From Girardia tigrina (taxonomy: Eukaryota), in contig MQRK01225151.1 in the NCBI GenBank assembly GCA_001938485.1, positions 9,318 through 61,136 of the forward strand: a DNA stretch of 51,819 nucleotides, in the 5' to 3' direction. Shown one piece after another: positions 25,285 through 37,900 of the stretch (positions are counted from its first letter, which is position 1; every line of letters starts with the position of its first letter). Made by a program: the position numbers and the translations under genes. The notes below the pieces were generated by a model that was not told where the DNA came from, did not search any database, and saw nothing but the letters and a program-made list of their open reading frames with translations.

Positions 25285-27433
25285 AATATTTTCTACTATA
25301 TTTGATGTATTATAAATATTTCAATAATAAAATCTCGTTTCTGAGTCGTTATTGTTTGTTTTGAGTTTATTAAATGTAACTTTGTTAAGATTAGGTCTAT
25401 TGGAAAGTTTTATTTTATATTCATTTTAAAAGATATGAAACTGAAAAATAATGATGGAGGGGTCAAACACTATCCAATGAAGACCGACCATATGTCAGTT
25501 CAACCTCCGATAATTTGAGTTTTACATTGTATAAGTATATTTTTCCTTCGCAAACTGAATTATATATAGTTTATATGTCTTAGAATCTTTTAATCTTATG
25601 TCTTACAAATAATAAATGATATTTTAATTTTATAGAATTTTAAGACTGTTCGGTCTGATCTCCAGGTTTGCCCTAAAACGACTGAGACCTGGTGTTCAAG
25701 TACTTCAAGCTAGGCCCATTTCATATTATTCAGACTGATCATCGTTGAGATTGGTATCATAGGCTTTCTGTATTCGTTATTAACGATCAACTTTTTCAAA
25801 TTAAGTTCAGTCAAGTGAAAAAAAATGAAATCTCTTTTTTAAAAAAAATCTAATTGGTTTAATCTAGCAAAATTCAATAATATCACAAAAGAAACAAAAA
25901 ACTCCTGTTGATATATTATCCGTGACAACAAATCACTTAAATTGATGTTCACAAAAAATAGATAAAATAAAATACTCGATTGAAAATTATAAAGTAAATT
26001 TTCGAAATTCAGCAGAGTCCGCGAAACTTGCTCTGATTCTTCGACCAGTTAAATCTTAAATAATTTTAGGAAAAGTATCCAACTCTTTTCAGTACTAATC
26101 TTAAGTTGGCCTAAAAGTTCTATTACACCGTAGAAAATATATATTTTGTTGCAGAATATTATTTACACAATAAAACATATTGATCGAGCTATCATTGTCA
26201 AAAACCATTTGACATGAATATGTTAGCTAACATATGTGCTCGGAGTAATATTCTTGGTTCTTTGAATCATGGAACAGGTGACATGATTCATTGGCTTCGT
26301 TCATTCACTGGTATTAGCATCCTTTTGTGATACTATATTGAATGAAAGAGACCACAATCAGATGAAACAAAGTCTAGACAATATGCTGGATGTGAAAGAA
26401 TCTCGATCCCATCAATTTCTTTGGATTTATACTTGGTCTTCTTGGTTATAAGAGCCGTTAACTTTGTAGGTAATAAAGTTCGGAGTTGATGACGCAGCGA
26501 TTCGTAACCAATTCAAAATTTACGATTCCTTAAAAAATCTACCTGACGAAAATCATGGACTTCTTAAAGAAACGAATGCACTTCGTAACTGAGGACATAT
26601 ATTAAACTTTCTGAACCCAAAGCTTGTCCCAATTGTGGTTGAAATAGTACACCCACTTTTCTTCTGATATGATGATCCGTTTTTAAAAACGATCTATATG
26701 AGGATAATTGAGCAAATTATCTGCATATTCCTTATCAGTGTGCAGTTGGTGCTGAAGTTAACTCACGTAGATCTAGTCTTAACTACATGTGCACCAAATC
26801 AAATTGGTGCAAGTTATTTAATATGGTTTTGTGTGAATCGATATACACTTCCTTTACCAATTCAGAGTTCTGTTATTCAAAGGTTCGGCATACAAACCAT
26901 CTAGCAAATCTCTGGTGTCAACTGTTGATGGTCACCTTAAAATCAATTGTACTTCCTTGCCATTGTACATGATTGATTTTTCACTAATTTTCATCATCAC
27001 ATATCTCTTTATCAGCATTTGCAGTTGATAAATTATCCTTACAGCAGTAGCAGATCAAAACTGGATGCTTCATTTTATCAATTTTTATCTTGTTTTTGTT
27101 TTGTACCTGCTAAGATATTAAATGTACAAAATATAAAATCTTTAAAAATATTAATTAATAGTAACTAGCATTATAATATTATGTAATTTACCGGATAGAT
27201 GATAAGAAGTGATAGATGATAGACTAAATATTCAAATCTAAATATAAATCTAGAATAAAGAAAAGTGACAGAGCATTCGAAAGCAGATAGAATGTCCCGG
27301 TATAAACGCAACACATGTACTTAACGTTTGTTTGATCATGACAATATATATATATATATATATTGATGCCATAAATTTTAAAATAAATGATAAATAATGT
27401 TTACAGAAAATGATGTTTATACAAAAGTATGTA

Positions 27434-27565
27434 CAAATATTATCTACAAATAAAAACATTGAAAATTGATTAGGAAATTTGTAATATTTTATTTCCATTT
27501 GCTGCACGTTTCTTAAATAAAACAATTTTGAAGAGATATTTTCATCATAGAAAAAAGACTTTTTT
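27434..27565 (+). promoter_or_regulatory. Orphan duplicate of the paralog-2 upstream region, with no receptor ORF following
   Basis: Aligns with about 18342-18470, including the exact block atttgctgcacgtttcttaaataaaacaattttgaaga. Confidence 0.75.
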
Positions 27566-28633
27566 AAAAGTAATTTGGTTTAAATTTCAATTGTAAATTT
27601 CAATTTGAAATAGTGACCGAAAAATGAAGAAAATATAATGCGCTTAGAGACCAAATTGGGAATACCAATGGAAAAAATTTGGAATTATCCCTAATGCATT
27701 CATTGTTGAAGGCATTGGCACTTAACTACCCAAAAATGATGATATTTTAAACTTTTTTTAATTGCAGAAGAGAAAAGTTGCGATTACCAATGCATGTGTG
27801 ACCTATAACATTCGATTGTCATCATTTCAGTTGATAATATTCCAAGACTCTTGAACTGAGACCATGAACATAATCGTGCACAAGCCAGAGGGATTTTACA
27901 AGGAGAGTAACGAGGAGGGATAAATCTTTGACAATGTAATCAATTTTTCCATTAGTCATGGAAAAACCGAACTAACAACGGGTAAAAATCAAATAACTAC
28001 TGAAGTGCCCAATATCTAAAAAAATCAGAATCAGAATATGGCACAATCCATGAAAACTATGAATAAAACTGTGTTATATAATAAATATATGGGAACAAAT
28101 ATGCTAATTCCATATAAGTTTTCAATGAAAAAACATTGTTAGGACAACTTTAAGGAAAACTGGATTGTCAGACAGTTAATATCTTTCTACGTTTTTAAAA
28201 ATTCAATTTTTAAATTAAATTTTAGAAATTTAACTAACATTTGGGCAAATAAAATATTTACAATCAATTTTAATTTGACCTCTTAATCATAAAAGACAAT
28301 AATTTCAGACGAATCATTCTACATCAATGATAAATACTAAAATCATGAAAACTTCATAAATATATTCTCATCAAGAAATTATCGCGTTATAAAAAATGAA
28401 ATAGAAACAAAAATTGATCAAAAAATTTGAATTATTTGTCACACAAATTCAAAAAATCACCGAATAAAATAAACTAAAAATACGAAAAACGTTTTGAATG
28501 GAAATTCGAATGTTTTTCTCCAGAAATATGAAAATTTTGAAATTGTATTCCCTCTATCCGAAAATAAGAGTCCCATTACAATTTTACTGTGATTTTCGAG
28601 ATTAAAATAACTTGTTTGTGAGTAATGAACATA

Positions 28634-28883
28634 TTGGGTTGATGAATAAGTTCCCGCCGTTTTTTGAAAAATTAAAATTTTATTTTTTAACAAAAAAGTT
28701 ACTACAAATTAATCACAAAAAATAATATCCGCCATTGTTCACGACTTCTTCCCAACGTTTAACGAGTTTTTCAATGCCTCTTTGGCAGAAATCGCCCAAA
28801 TCAAAAAATTTGATTGAAATATTAAATCGATTAAAAATTGACTAAAAATTCAAAAAACGGCGGGAACTTATTCCTCAACCTAA
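28634..28883 (-). mobile_element. Mariner-derived MITE (250 bp)
   Basis: About 35-bp TIRs (ttgggttgatgaataagttcccgccgttttttgaa / ttcaaaaaacggcgggaacttattcctcaacctaa), TA on both sides, and an internal remnant RGIEKLVKRWEEVVNNGGY. Confidence 0.9.
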
Positions 28884-29482
28884 TATAATAATAAAAACGG
28901 AATCGATCAATTATTTCAATTTAATCCAATGAGAAAAAAATCAAAATGAAAAAATGAAAATAACCTAATCATTTTAATGAAACTGAAAAAAATACTTAAA
29001 ATTGAAATCGAAGAAATTTGTTTTGTTCATGATTGACCAGTGTTTAGAAATATTTTTTATGTAATTTTTTATGTCGACATGATATGTTTGTTTTTTATTT
29101 TGAATAAAATAAAGAATTTCATTGCGATTTGATTTAAAAATTTGACTGTCGGAGTTTTTTTTAATGAAAAAGTGAATGTTGGAAAAATCATGTTTCATCG
29201 ATAGACAATAAAGACGTTTTTACCGTTCATATTTCGTGTTCGAGAAGCCGATCGGTAAGGCGTCGCAAGAATTTGTAAATTCATCGATTGTTTGGTGTAG
29301 TTTCGCGACAGAGACGACGAATATATGATGCCTTGAATCAATGAGATTCTAGCCGCATTGAACGATGACCGATTCCAGTGTTTGATTCCCCTGCTAAGAA
29401 AAACAAAAGACCCCCCAATTTTCTGGGAGTCGATATAGACCACTTTGTGAACCTGTTATAAACAAACATTGAATTTTAAATT

Positions 29483-29584
29483 TAGTCAACCCTCGTTATA
29501 GTGTCACTCGTTATAACGTCACCCTCGCCTTTCGTCACATTTTTTATCAGAAACCAATTGTGACTTTATAACGGGGGTTGACTG
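29483..29584. mobile_element. Tigger-like mini-MITE (about 100 bp)
   Basis: Inverted termini agtcaaccctcgttata / tataacgggggttgact. Confidence 0.75.
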
Positions 29585-29739
29585 CACTAAGTTATTTGAA
29601 CATAACGTAGATATTTAGATATTGGAATTTTAAATGATTGGACATTTTTCTCTGAGTTTTCAATTATTTTTTTTACAAACAAAAATTTTCTATAAATTCA
29701 AATAAGTAAAAAAACAAAAAAATAAAATATCACAGAATG

Positions 29740-30690
29740 TTTTCATCAGTTTTTTCATGCATGGCGAATGAGGAAAAAGAGAGCGCGGGATCCATTAAAA
29801 TATATACACATATATAATTAATGATAATAACAATATAATAACGATAATTGAATCCCGAAAAAAACCTTTTTCCAAATATTGTAAAATCCCGAGCATAAGT
29901 TGCAGCGCGTAATAGCTGCAGAGAACGTTTCCTATGCACAATAAAGCATATATTTTTATTAAATAATTCGATAAATACCAATACAAATTCTCGAAACAAA
30001 AAAAAACAAGAGAACAACAAAAAAAATAAAATTAGTTCATAAGTTTAAATTTTAGTTTCGCCAAAATAGTTTATTACTTTTTTAATTTGAAAATTTAAAA
30101 GAAATAAATTAAAAAATTAAAATGTAGAGTAAAAATATGATAAAACAAATACTTATTTAAAATATGCTTACAGTAATAACAATTGATATTATGAAAAAAA
30201 AAGTTATGAAATAAGTTTAAATAAATTTTAAAATAAATAATTAACGGATTAATATTTTAAGAAATATTTTTTTAATAAAAGGGTTTATTGTAAATTTAAA
30301 TTAATTAGTTTTTATGATAAAGTTTCGTAAAAATGTTTGAATTGATTTAAAGTTTAAATTTCGTAAATTTTCAAAATTTAATCGAAAAAATTTAATGAAT
30401 TAATTTTGGGCGTAATAATTCAATTATTAAGAAATTTGTTTAAATATGTGAATTGTTGATAGTAATAAGTTTTGTTGTGTTAAATTATGACTTCGGAATT
30501 TGATAATACTGAAAGTGGCATAAACGCCACTTACCTAGTTAATTTCAAAAATTGTGTATGTTTGTTTGGGATTCAATTATCGTTACTATATTGCTAATAT
30601 CATTAATTATATCTATATGTATATATGAAAATATATTATGGATCCCGCGCTCTCTTTTCCTTATTCGCCATGAAAAACTGGTAAACAAAA
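29740..30690. repeat. Inverted repeat pair (arms about 29740-29865 and 30560-30690)
   Basis: catggcgaatgaggaaaaagagagcgcgggatcca..aacgataattgaatccc versus gggattcaattatcgtt..tggatcccgcgctctcttttccttattcgccatg. Confidence 0.8.
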
Positions 30691-31126
30691 CTTTTTTGTG
30701 TAATTTTAATCTGTTTTGTGTTTCTTTCCTTGACGATGAAATTTTTGTAAATTTTATTTGTAAATGTTCGATTGTTGGTTTTTTTACAAAGATCAAAAAA
30801 TTTAAAAGAAAAGAAAAAAAGAATTACGTTTAATTATGTTTGATTAAATTTTGAAATAGTTTTAATGCGTTGTTTTACCAGATATATTGAAAATTTGAAA
30901 TAAATAATCGATTGAAAATTTCTTTTTCATTTGGAGATTTGTTGAAATGGATTTAATTTTAATTTATGAATTGTTGAAAAATTCAACGATGCCGAAGAAA
31001 AATTTGACGAAAAAATATTCAAGCCGAAAAATTGTCGATATTGATTTTCGGTAGCGCATTAATTTAAAAGGGGCCCTGCACAACCAGAAAGTTTCCCTGT
31101 GCAACCCTGCTACCTCCGTCCGATTC

Positions 31127-32035
31127 TTGAGGCAACCTGAGTGTAGGGCGGAACATCTGGTAGCAGTGGAGCGTGGTTTACTCTTGCTTTTAATTCGGGC
31201 GAAAGAATTCCGGCCGCAGCTTTTAACGATCGTTGTTCGAGCGAAAAGATGGCAACCACCTGCGACGAAGACCGCAATTCGAGCGGATGATGAGCGCGGG
31301 ATCCGGTTTTTCCGAATCGTTGTTCTTACTCTGTCGGCGAAAAATGTAAGAAATAATATATTTATTTATACAAAATTTGAATATATTATATTTATATTAA
31401 ATATAATATTTGAATTCCGGGGTCCCCGTCTCTTCTTCTTGCGCCAATTTAAAAATCAAAGTAATAATGATAAATCAAATGAGAAAGACGTTCAAATTTT
31501 TGTTAGGAGTTTGTCGGGCAAGACGAGAACTCTTGACGTCAATTTGAACGAAAGAATAAATGATAATAAATGTAAAATATTTGAAAAAGAAGGAATTACA
31601 CCGATGCAACAACGGTTGAAATTCGGAAACAGAATTTTAAATGATGAGCGAATGTTGACGGAACACGGGATTTGAAAGGATTCGATGATCGAGATAATCC
31701 TACAGTTGCGAGGAGGAATGGACGCAGAAGATTCAAAATTGGAATTCAAAGAGGAATTAAAAAAGAAAAGGAAGAAAAAAATTAAAAAAAAGACAATAAA
31801 ACTGATATTAACTAGGGTGCGAAATTCAGCTCTTGAGAAAATTAAGGAAAGGTTGTTGGTGAAATCAAAGGGTGACTATTACGAAGAAAATTATGAAGAA
31901 ACAATTCAATATTTTAAAAATTTGATCGACCTTGGAGAAAGGAACGAATTAAAAGAATTCGATGAGCTGAAGAAAGAATTGAGGACTATCAAGGAGAATT
32001 ATGAGAAGTATGGAGATCTGATCGAGTACTTATAA
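31127..32035 (+). pseudogene. Ubiquitin-like-domain fusion ORF interrupted by one TGA
   Basis: 31490-31717 is exactly 76 codons (VQIFVRSLSGKT..QQRLKF..GI*KDS..LQLRGG), about 37/76 identical to ubiquitin by hand alignment. It continues in frame into MDAEDSK.., a Lys/Glu-rich helical tail. The stop at 31673-31675 is at ubiquitin position 62. Confidence 0.8.
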
Positions 32036-32855
32036 ATAATTTTTTATATTAAATTTTCTCACAAATTCATTTCTCTTTTTGTCTAAAGTTTAATTATCTT
32101 TTTTTTATCAAATTCATTTTGATAAATGAAATTTTTTATTATATTTCTTTCTGTTTTGTGTAATTTTAATTGATTTTAAATATTTACAAAACTTTTTGAA
32201 GTAAATATTTGCTTCTTTCATTTTGATCATTTAAACAAATTGTGTTTATCAAATCTGTATAAATCTGATTGTTTTGCGAAGTCTATATTCAAAATTTTGG
32301 TTAAATTTGTCTTTATTAATTATTTGAATAAAATGTATTGAGAATTTATCCTCTTACTTTTTATAACTATAAGTAGCGAAATTAAAACACATTATGGAAT
32401 GGAACAAGTTGTTTCTCCTGCTATGTTTCTGATCTGATCGTTTATCCTCTGATTGTTTCTCCTACTGACTTTTTTCCTTCGACTTTTCTCATCCTTGATA
32501 TATATNNNNNNNNNNNNNNNNNNNNNNNNNNNNNNNNNNNNNNNNNNNNNNNNNNNNNNNNNNNNNNNNNNNNNNNNNNNNNNNNNNNNNNNNNNNNNNN
32601 NNNNNNNNNNNNNNNNNNNNNNNNNNNNNNNNNNNNNNNNNNNNNNNNNNNNNNNNNNNNNNNNNNNNNNNNNNNNNNNNNNNNNNNNNNNNNNNNNNNN
32701 NNNNNNNNNNNNNNNNNNNNNNNNNNNNNNNNNNNNNNNNNNNNNNNNNNNNNNNNNNNNNNNNNNNNNNNNNNNNNNNNNNNNNNNNNNNNNNNNNNNN
32801 NNNNNNNNNNNNNNNNNNNNNNNNNNNNNNNNNNNNNNNNNNNNNNNNNNNNNNN

Positions 32856-33180
32856 AAAAAATGTAAATGTGATGTTAATTTTGATAATTTTAAAATTCTG
32901 TGTAAGCATTTTGACAGTTATTGAGAGAGAGTGTCGTGTGAAGCATTGTTAATTAGGTCACGTTGCCCTAAAATCAATGTTCATTCGGCAGTCTCAACCA
33001 GCTTAATGAGAATTTTTGATTAGCATGATTTCATCCAACCGATTACATAATCATCATTTTTGTATTTATATACAGGTGAATTGATTATTAATTAGTGACC
33101 TGAAGATGACGGTAGATCCGTCGAAATATATTGTCGTAAAATATATTTTTAAATGGATGACTTTGGTTATTAAAACAAAT
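32856..33180 (+). mobile_element. Penelope-like element 3' end (GIY-YIG tail plus pLTR)
   Basis: DNFKILCKHFDSY*ERVSCEALLIRSRCPKINV is homologous to the tail of ORF 37057 and is followed by a hammerhead motif. Confidence 0.75.
33095..33137 (+). ncRNA. Minimal type I hammerhead ribozyme
   Basis: gtgac CTGAAGA t gacgg-tagat-ccgtc GAAA tata TT gtcgt: intact core, perfect 5-bp stem II, palindromic TATA loop, stem I tgac/gtcg. Confidence 0.75.
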
Positions 33181-33909
33181 AAAATTTGAAATTGTCAAAA
33201 TGCGTTCATCAGCATGTTAATACTTGTTTCGCTTTTGTCTACTTACCTCCCAATTTATAATTGCTTGATAAAGTTTGTCAGTGGATTTTTTTAATATTTT
33301 CAAACCATTAATGAATTTACTCAGTGTTGTATATTTTTACACTGAAACGATGTACAGCTGCTGCATGATTATTGTTACGAACTTGATCATTTAGTGTTCT
33401 CTCATAATATTAACATTTTTCAGGGGGAAATTTTGTGATTTTCGTTAGAATAAATTTAAAATAAGTCTTTCAAATGATAAATTGTCTTTTGGTGCAAGGA
33501 AAAGATTTTTGAGCTATAAATAATAATAATAACTAAATAGATATAGATAAAAATAACTGTTATGAATTTTTACAAAATTTTTAAAAAGTATAATATTAAA
33601 TTTAGAAAAATCAAGAAGTAAAATAATCTTTATGTTTATTAAAAGAAAATAAATTTATTTAATCGTGGGAAATTAAAAAAAGTTAAATTAATTATCAATA
33701 CTATATTTATTTTTATTAAACCGGTTTGAGATTTGTAAAATTAATAGTTGCTCAAAATTAAAAAATAATTAAATGAATTTAATTTCGATTAAATTTGTAT
33801 AAATAAAAAGTTTTAGTATATTTTTTGGATTAAGAAAATCGATATCTTTTAATATCGATAATGTGAGAGATGTTCAAATACATCTAACAATAACTAAATT
33901 TAAATTCCG

Positions 33910-34830
33910 AATAAAATGTTTCATTCTTCTTATTGGATTCGAATTCAGAATTCAAGTTCATGACACAAAATTTTATTTCTATCAAAATAACGATTTTTCA
34001 AACAAATATTTTTGAGGAACTTAATCACTTTCTATTTCTTTGCAAAAACCATGATAAATAAAAATAAATATAACTTTTGATATTGTTATTTTATTAATTA
34101 CGAATTTTGTCACAAAGATTTTATTTTATCTTTTATTACATTTTTATTTTATTTTTCATTATTATTTTAACATAATATTTAATTAACATTGTAATGTACA
34201 TTTTCATTTCAATAAAAATACTTTTTAAAAAAATAACAATTAATTTATTTTAATTTAACCGTTTTTAAATTACATTTAGATTTCGATTAAGTTACATTTT
34301 GTCTCAAAACAATTATATTTTATTTTTTTTATATTTGATTTGATTTAGGTAAAAGTTAAAAAAATATTTTTTTAGTTTATTTTCCTTTCAAATATTAAAT
34401 ATTACGTTTTAAATAAAATTAAAATTTACCTTATTAATAAATTTATTTATGGATTCGGTATTATTGTATATAAATTACATTTTACGCCATTTTATGAAAA
34501 TCTTATTTTAACATAATCTATAGATCTACTTTTCGAAATGTAATTATTTCATCATTATTAACAATCTAAACATGATTTTTTGAACATTTATTAATATCAC
34601 AAGCAGAATTATCATTACAACAATTATTCTAACCACTGTCGCTATTCAAAATTTTTCTTTATTAATGTATTTCTGAGTTTCTTGCTATTTTTTAAAATAA
34701 ATGAAAAAGATTTATCAATATTAATTAATTATCAAAATTTTAATTAGTTAAAATTTATAAACTTTATGAACTCACCAAAGCTTCTAACACTTCCTTTAAA
34801 AATAAATAGACATATTCTTACAAAAATTTT
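33910..34830 (-). mobile_element. Degenerate Penelope-linker family copy
   Basis: Homologous to 2820-3800. Minus translation NNCCNDNSACDINKCSKN matches the linker peptide of the other copies. Confidence 0.5.
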
Positions 34831-35022
34831 ATAATTAAAAATTTAAATAAATCAAATTAACCAAAAATATCACATTTATTATAAATATTCATTTTTTTGA
34901 TTTACATATTTCAAAATAATAAATATAAAAATTATCAACAACAAAAATATTTAAACTTTTTATTTCTTCAAATTTTGTTATTTTTACTTTTAACAAATAT
35001 TTTATTTTCTTTTATTTCTTCC

Positions 35023-35999
35023 CTATTTTTTGCATTTTCTTTTTATTTTTTCGATTATTTTCACGAAAAGTCTCTTTAAAATGTTCCTCATCTGACTGCT
35101 GGTGAGATTGTACAAATAGAACTTGAACGCATTGTTAGAAATTGTGAAAATTGAAAATAAAAAATAAAAAATTGAAAAGTAATAATCTCCTAAGTTATAT
35201 ACATTGTCTTTGTACAATAAAATAAGTGTTAAAGGGGATACGGAAATGACGTTATAGATAGAGATGATGAAGATCATCTTCATTGAAAAAACGACTGACT
35301 TTTGTTGAGAAGGTTCAGAATTCGATAACACTTTTCTAAACGACTTTCGAATTTTCAAAATAGTAACTGAATTTGTTGATAATAAAATAATAAATGGAAG
35401 CACGGTGTTCGATATTAATTTAGTATAATGCATCACATTGAACGCATTACTATTTTCAATATAAATACTGAAATTTAGAAGAGAACTCATAGAAATAAAG
35501 AGCAGTATTATTATCATGGTGTGTTTATAACTAAGGTGCTGGAAGAAAGGTTTGGTAGGCCAGACCACGAGGCACATTCTTTCAATGGAGAGGGCACATA
35601 TAAACCACACAGAACAATCTATACAAAGATATGATAGGTATATATGAATGTACTTGATATAAATATTATAGTTTCTGATATCGACTTCGTGGGAAATAAA
35701 AATAAGAAAGCGAGTTCCTGGAATGAGGAGGACGAGAGTGTCGAATATTGCTTGAAGGTAAAGAAGAGACTTCGTAAAAATTCGGATATCGTTTTCATAT
35801 TTCAAACAAATTATAGTTAAAGCATTTCCCATATATCCGAAAAATAAAATACATTTCAGAAGATTGCTTAAAACGGCAACAATAATAACATAATATTGTG
35901 GTTTCTAAAAATTATATTATCATAATATATAATTAAATAAAATAAAAAATATAATACTTCAACATTTTTTTCAATATTTATAGTATTATTTTTATTCAT
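35023..35999 (-). CDS. Orphan class A 7TM GPCR, paralog 4 (exons 35999-35958 and 35904-35023; about 307 aa)
   Basis: Motifs GN, QAIFD, CSVW..LSIERM, VLPF, SVSP and NNAFKFYLY. Exon 1 is MNKNNTINIEKNVE; the 53-nt GT..AG intron at 35957-35905 splices in frame. Confidence 0.92.
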
Positions 36000-36786
36000 T
36001 TGAATATTTTTTCAGGTTCCTTTTACCAATAAATGAAACATTAATTTATTTATTTGTTTAAATGGTCAGAATTAAAATACAACAACAAATGAAAACAAAT
36101 TCCTTCGTTTATTATTTGAAGACGAATTTTTAATTTGATAATTCGTTTTCATTATACTTTTAAAGAATTATTATTTTTGTTTATTTTCTTACTTTTTGTA
36201 AATAAATATATTTGTGTATTTGACCAGTTCTGTCTGGCAAGCCATACCTTCCGTGATTTCCACCAAGCATATAGTCTTCAAAATAAATATACATTATAAA
36301 AAATATATAAATCAAAAAAAAATTATATCCATTCTTTATGATAAGCTTTAGAAATTAGCCTTACAGAAATTACATTACAGATTTAGTTATAATGGAAATA
36401 ATATAAAATAGCTGAATAAGATCAATAATAATATGGTAGAATCGATATATGTAAAAACTAATAATTTTATCAATAACAAGTGTGAGGGATAATTGTGAAT
36501 GTTGTAAGTTTGTTGTTTTTATGCTGTTTGGATTTGTGACTCTCCTACTCAGATTGGATTGATATGTTATTTGATTAATTATTTGAATCTAATGAAATTA
36601 ATTTAATGATATTAAATTAAAGTACTAATTAATTAAAGTTTGATAATTANNNNNNNNNNNNNNNNNNNNNNNNNNNNNNNNNNNNNNNNNNNNNNNNNNN
36701 NNNNNNNNNNNNNNNNNNNNNNNNNNNNNNNNNNNNNNNNNNNNNNNNNNNNNNNNNNNNNNNNNNNNNNNNNNNNNNNNNNNNNN

Positions 36787-37570
36787 TTTCCCCATTCATT
36801 AATTTTTTCATATTTAAATATTTAATCAAAAACTATATTAATCAAAGAAAGATGACCACTGAAAATTGTTGTGAAGAATCTGTTTGTGTTGTAAATAAAT
36901 GTTTGAATTCAAATTGTGATGTTGTTAATAACAAGCTTAATACTTTTGAGGAAGAGACTAACACAAAGAAACTTTTCTTAAAATTCCCATACTCTGAAGG
37001 AGCAAAGGATTTTAAAAGACTTTGAAAAATGATCTCCAGCAGGCGTTAAAACTACATTGGTTTTTCTCACTAACAAAATATCTAATTACTTTTCCAATAA
37101 ATCAAAAACACAATTGGGTATGAAAGTAAATTTAGTCTACCAGTTTAAATGTCACAAATATGTATCCTTGTACATTGGAGAGACAAATCGTCACCTCCGT
37201 TCTAGAATTGCTGAGCATACCCAATCAAGTAGAAAAAGCTCTATTTTAGATCATATTAATAGCTGTCATGGAACTCACAGGAGAGTAAATGAGAGTGATT
37301 TTCAGGTTTTAATTAGTAATTTTGACTGTAACTATGAAATGATTATTACTGAAGCAATGTTAATTAAGTTTCATAAACCTTGTTTAAACGTGGAAAGTGA
37401 TTCGTCCAATCATAATTAAGTATTCTGATGTAAGACATGATTACATAATGGTCTTCCAAATATTTATACAACAGTGATTTACACTCTTACAGAACTGACG
37501 ATGCCTCAGAAGTGGCCAAACATGTTTCCCAATAAATATTTTAAATTAAAATAGCTTTATTGTTTTTAAT
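36787..37570 (+). mobile_element. Penelope-like retroelement 3' half (linker, GIY-YIG endonuclease, degenerate hammerhead at 37491-37530)
   Basis: KKLFLKFPY..LVYQFKC..YIGETNRHLRSRIAEH..EAMLIKFHKPCLN, then CTGACGA t gcc..ggc CAAA catg downstream. Confidence 0.88.
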
Positions 37571-37614
37571 TTTTAAAAATTATATATTTTATTGATGTTA
37601 TATATATATATATA

Positions 37615-37900
37615 TTGGGTTGAGGAATATTTCATGAGTTTTTTTTCAAGTTAAAAAAATATATTCATAAATGAAACGCTTTTCCAAAATATTTTGTGTC
37701 ATTTGGTAGATAATTTTTTGCTCTAATAGATGGTGTGTTTGATTTTCATATTTCTTTAATTTTTGCCTTTATTTTCAGCTCATTAAATGGAATGTCAATT
37801 TGACAAAATCGAGCATTTTTGACACCATCTGCTTTTCGAATTTAATCAAGGGGTTAACGACGCCGAAGCTGCTCGTGAGATCTGTTCTGTGTATGGCAAT
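37615..37900 (+). mobile_element. Mariner 5' fragment
   Basis: TIR-like ttgggttgaggaata following (TA)n; N-terminal HTH sequence MECQFDKIEHF*HHLLFEFNQGVNDAEAAREICSVYG. Confidence 0.8.

Noticed and set aside
29100-29460. CpG-rich, coding-looking segment
   Set aside because: The + frame that looks protein-like has several stops, and no recognisable family motif appears on either strand; it needs BLASTX.
31070-31180. HDV-like or twister ribozyme in the GC-rich leader
   Set aside because: The required P1/P1.1/P3 or twister pseudoknot order could not be fitted by eye; only nested hairpins are supported.
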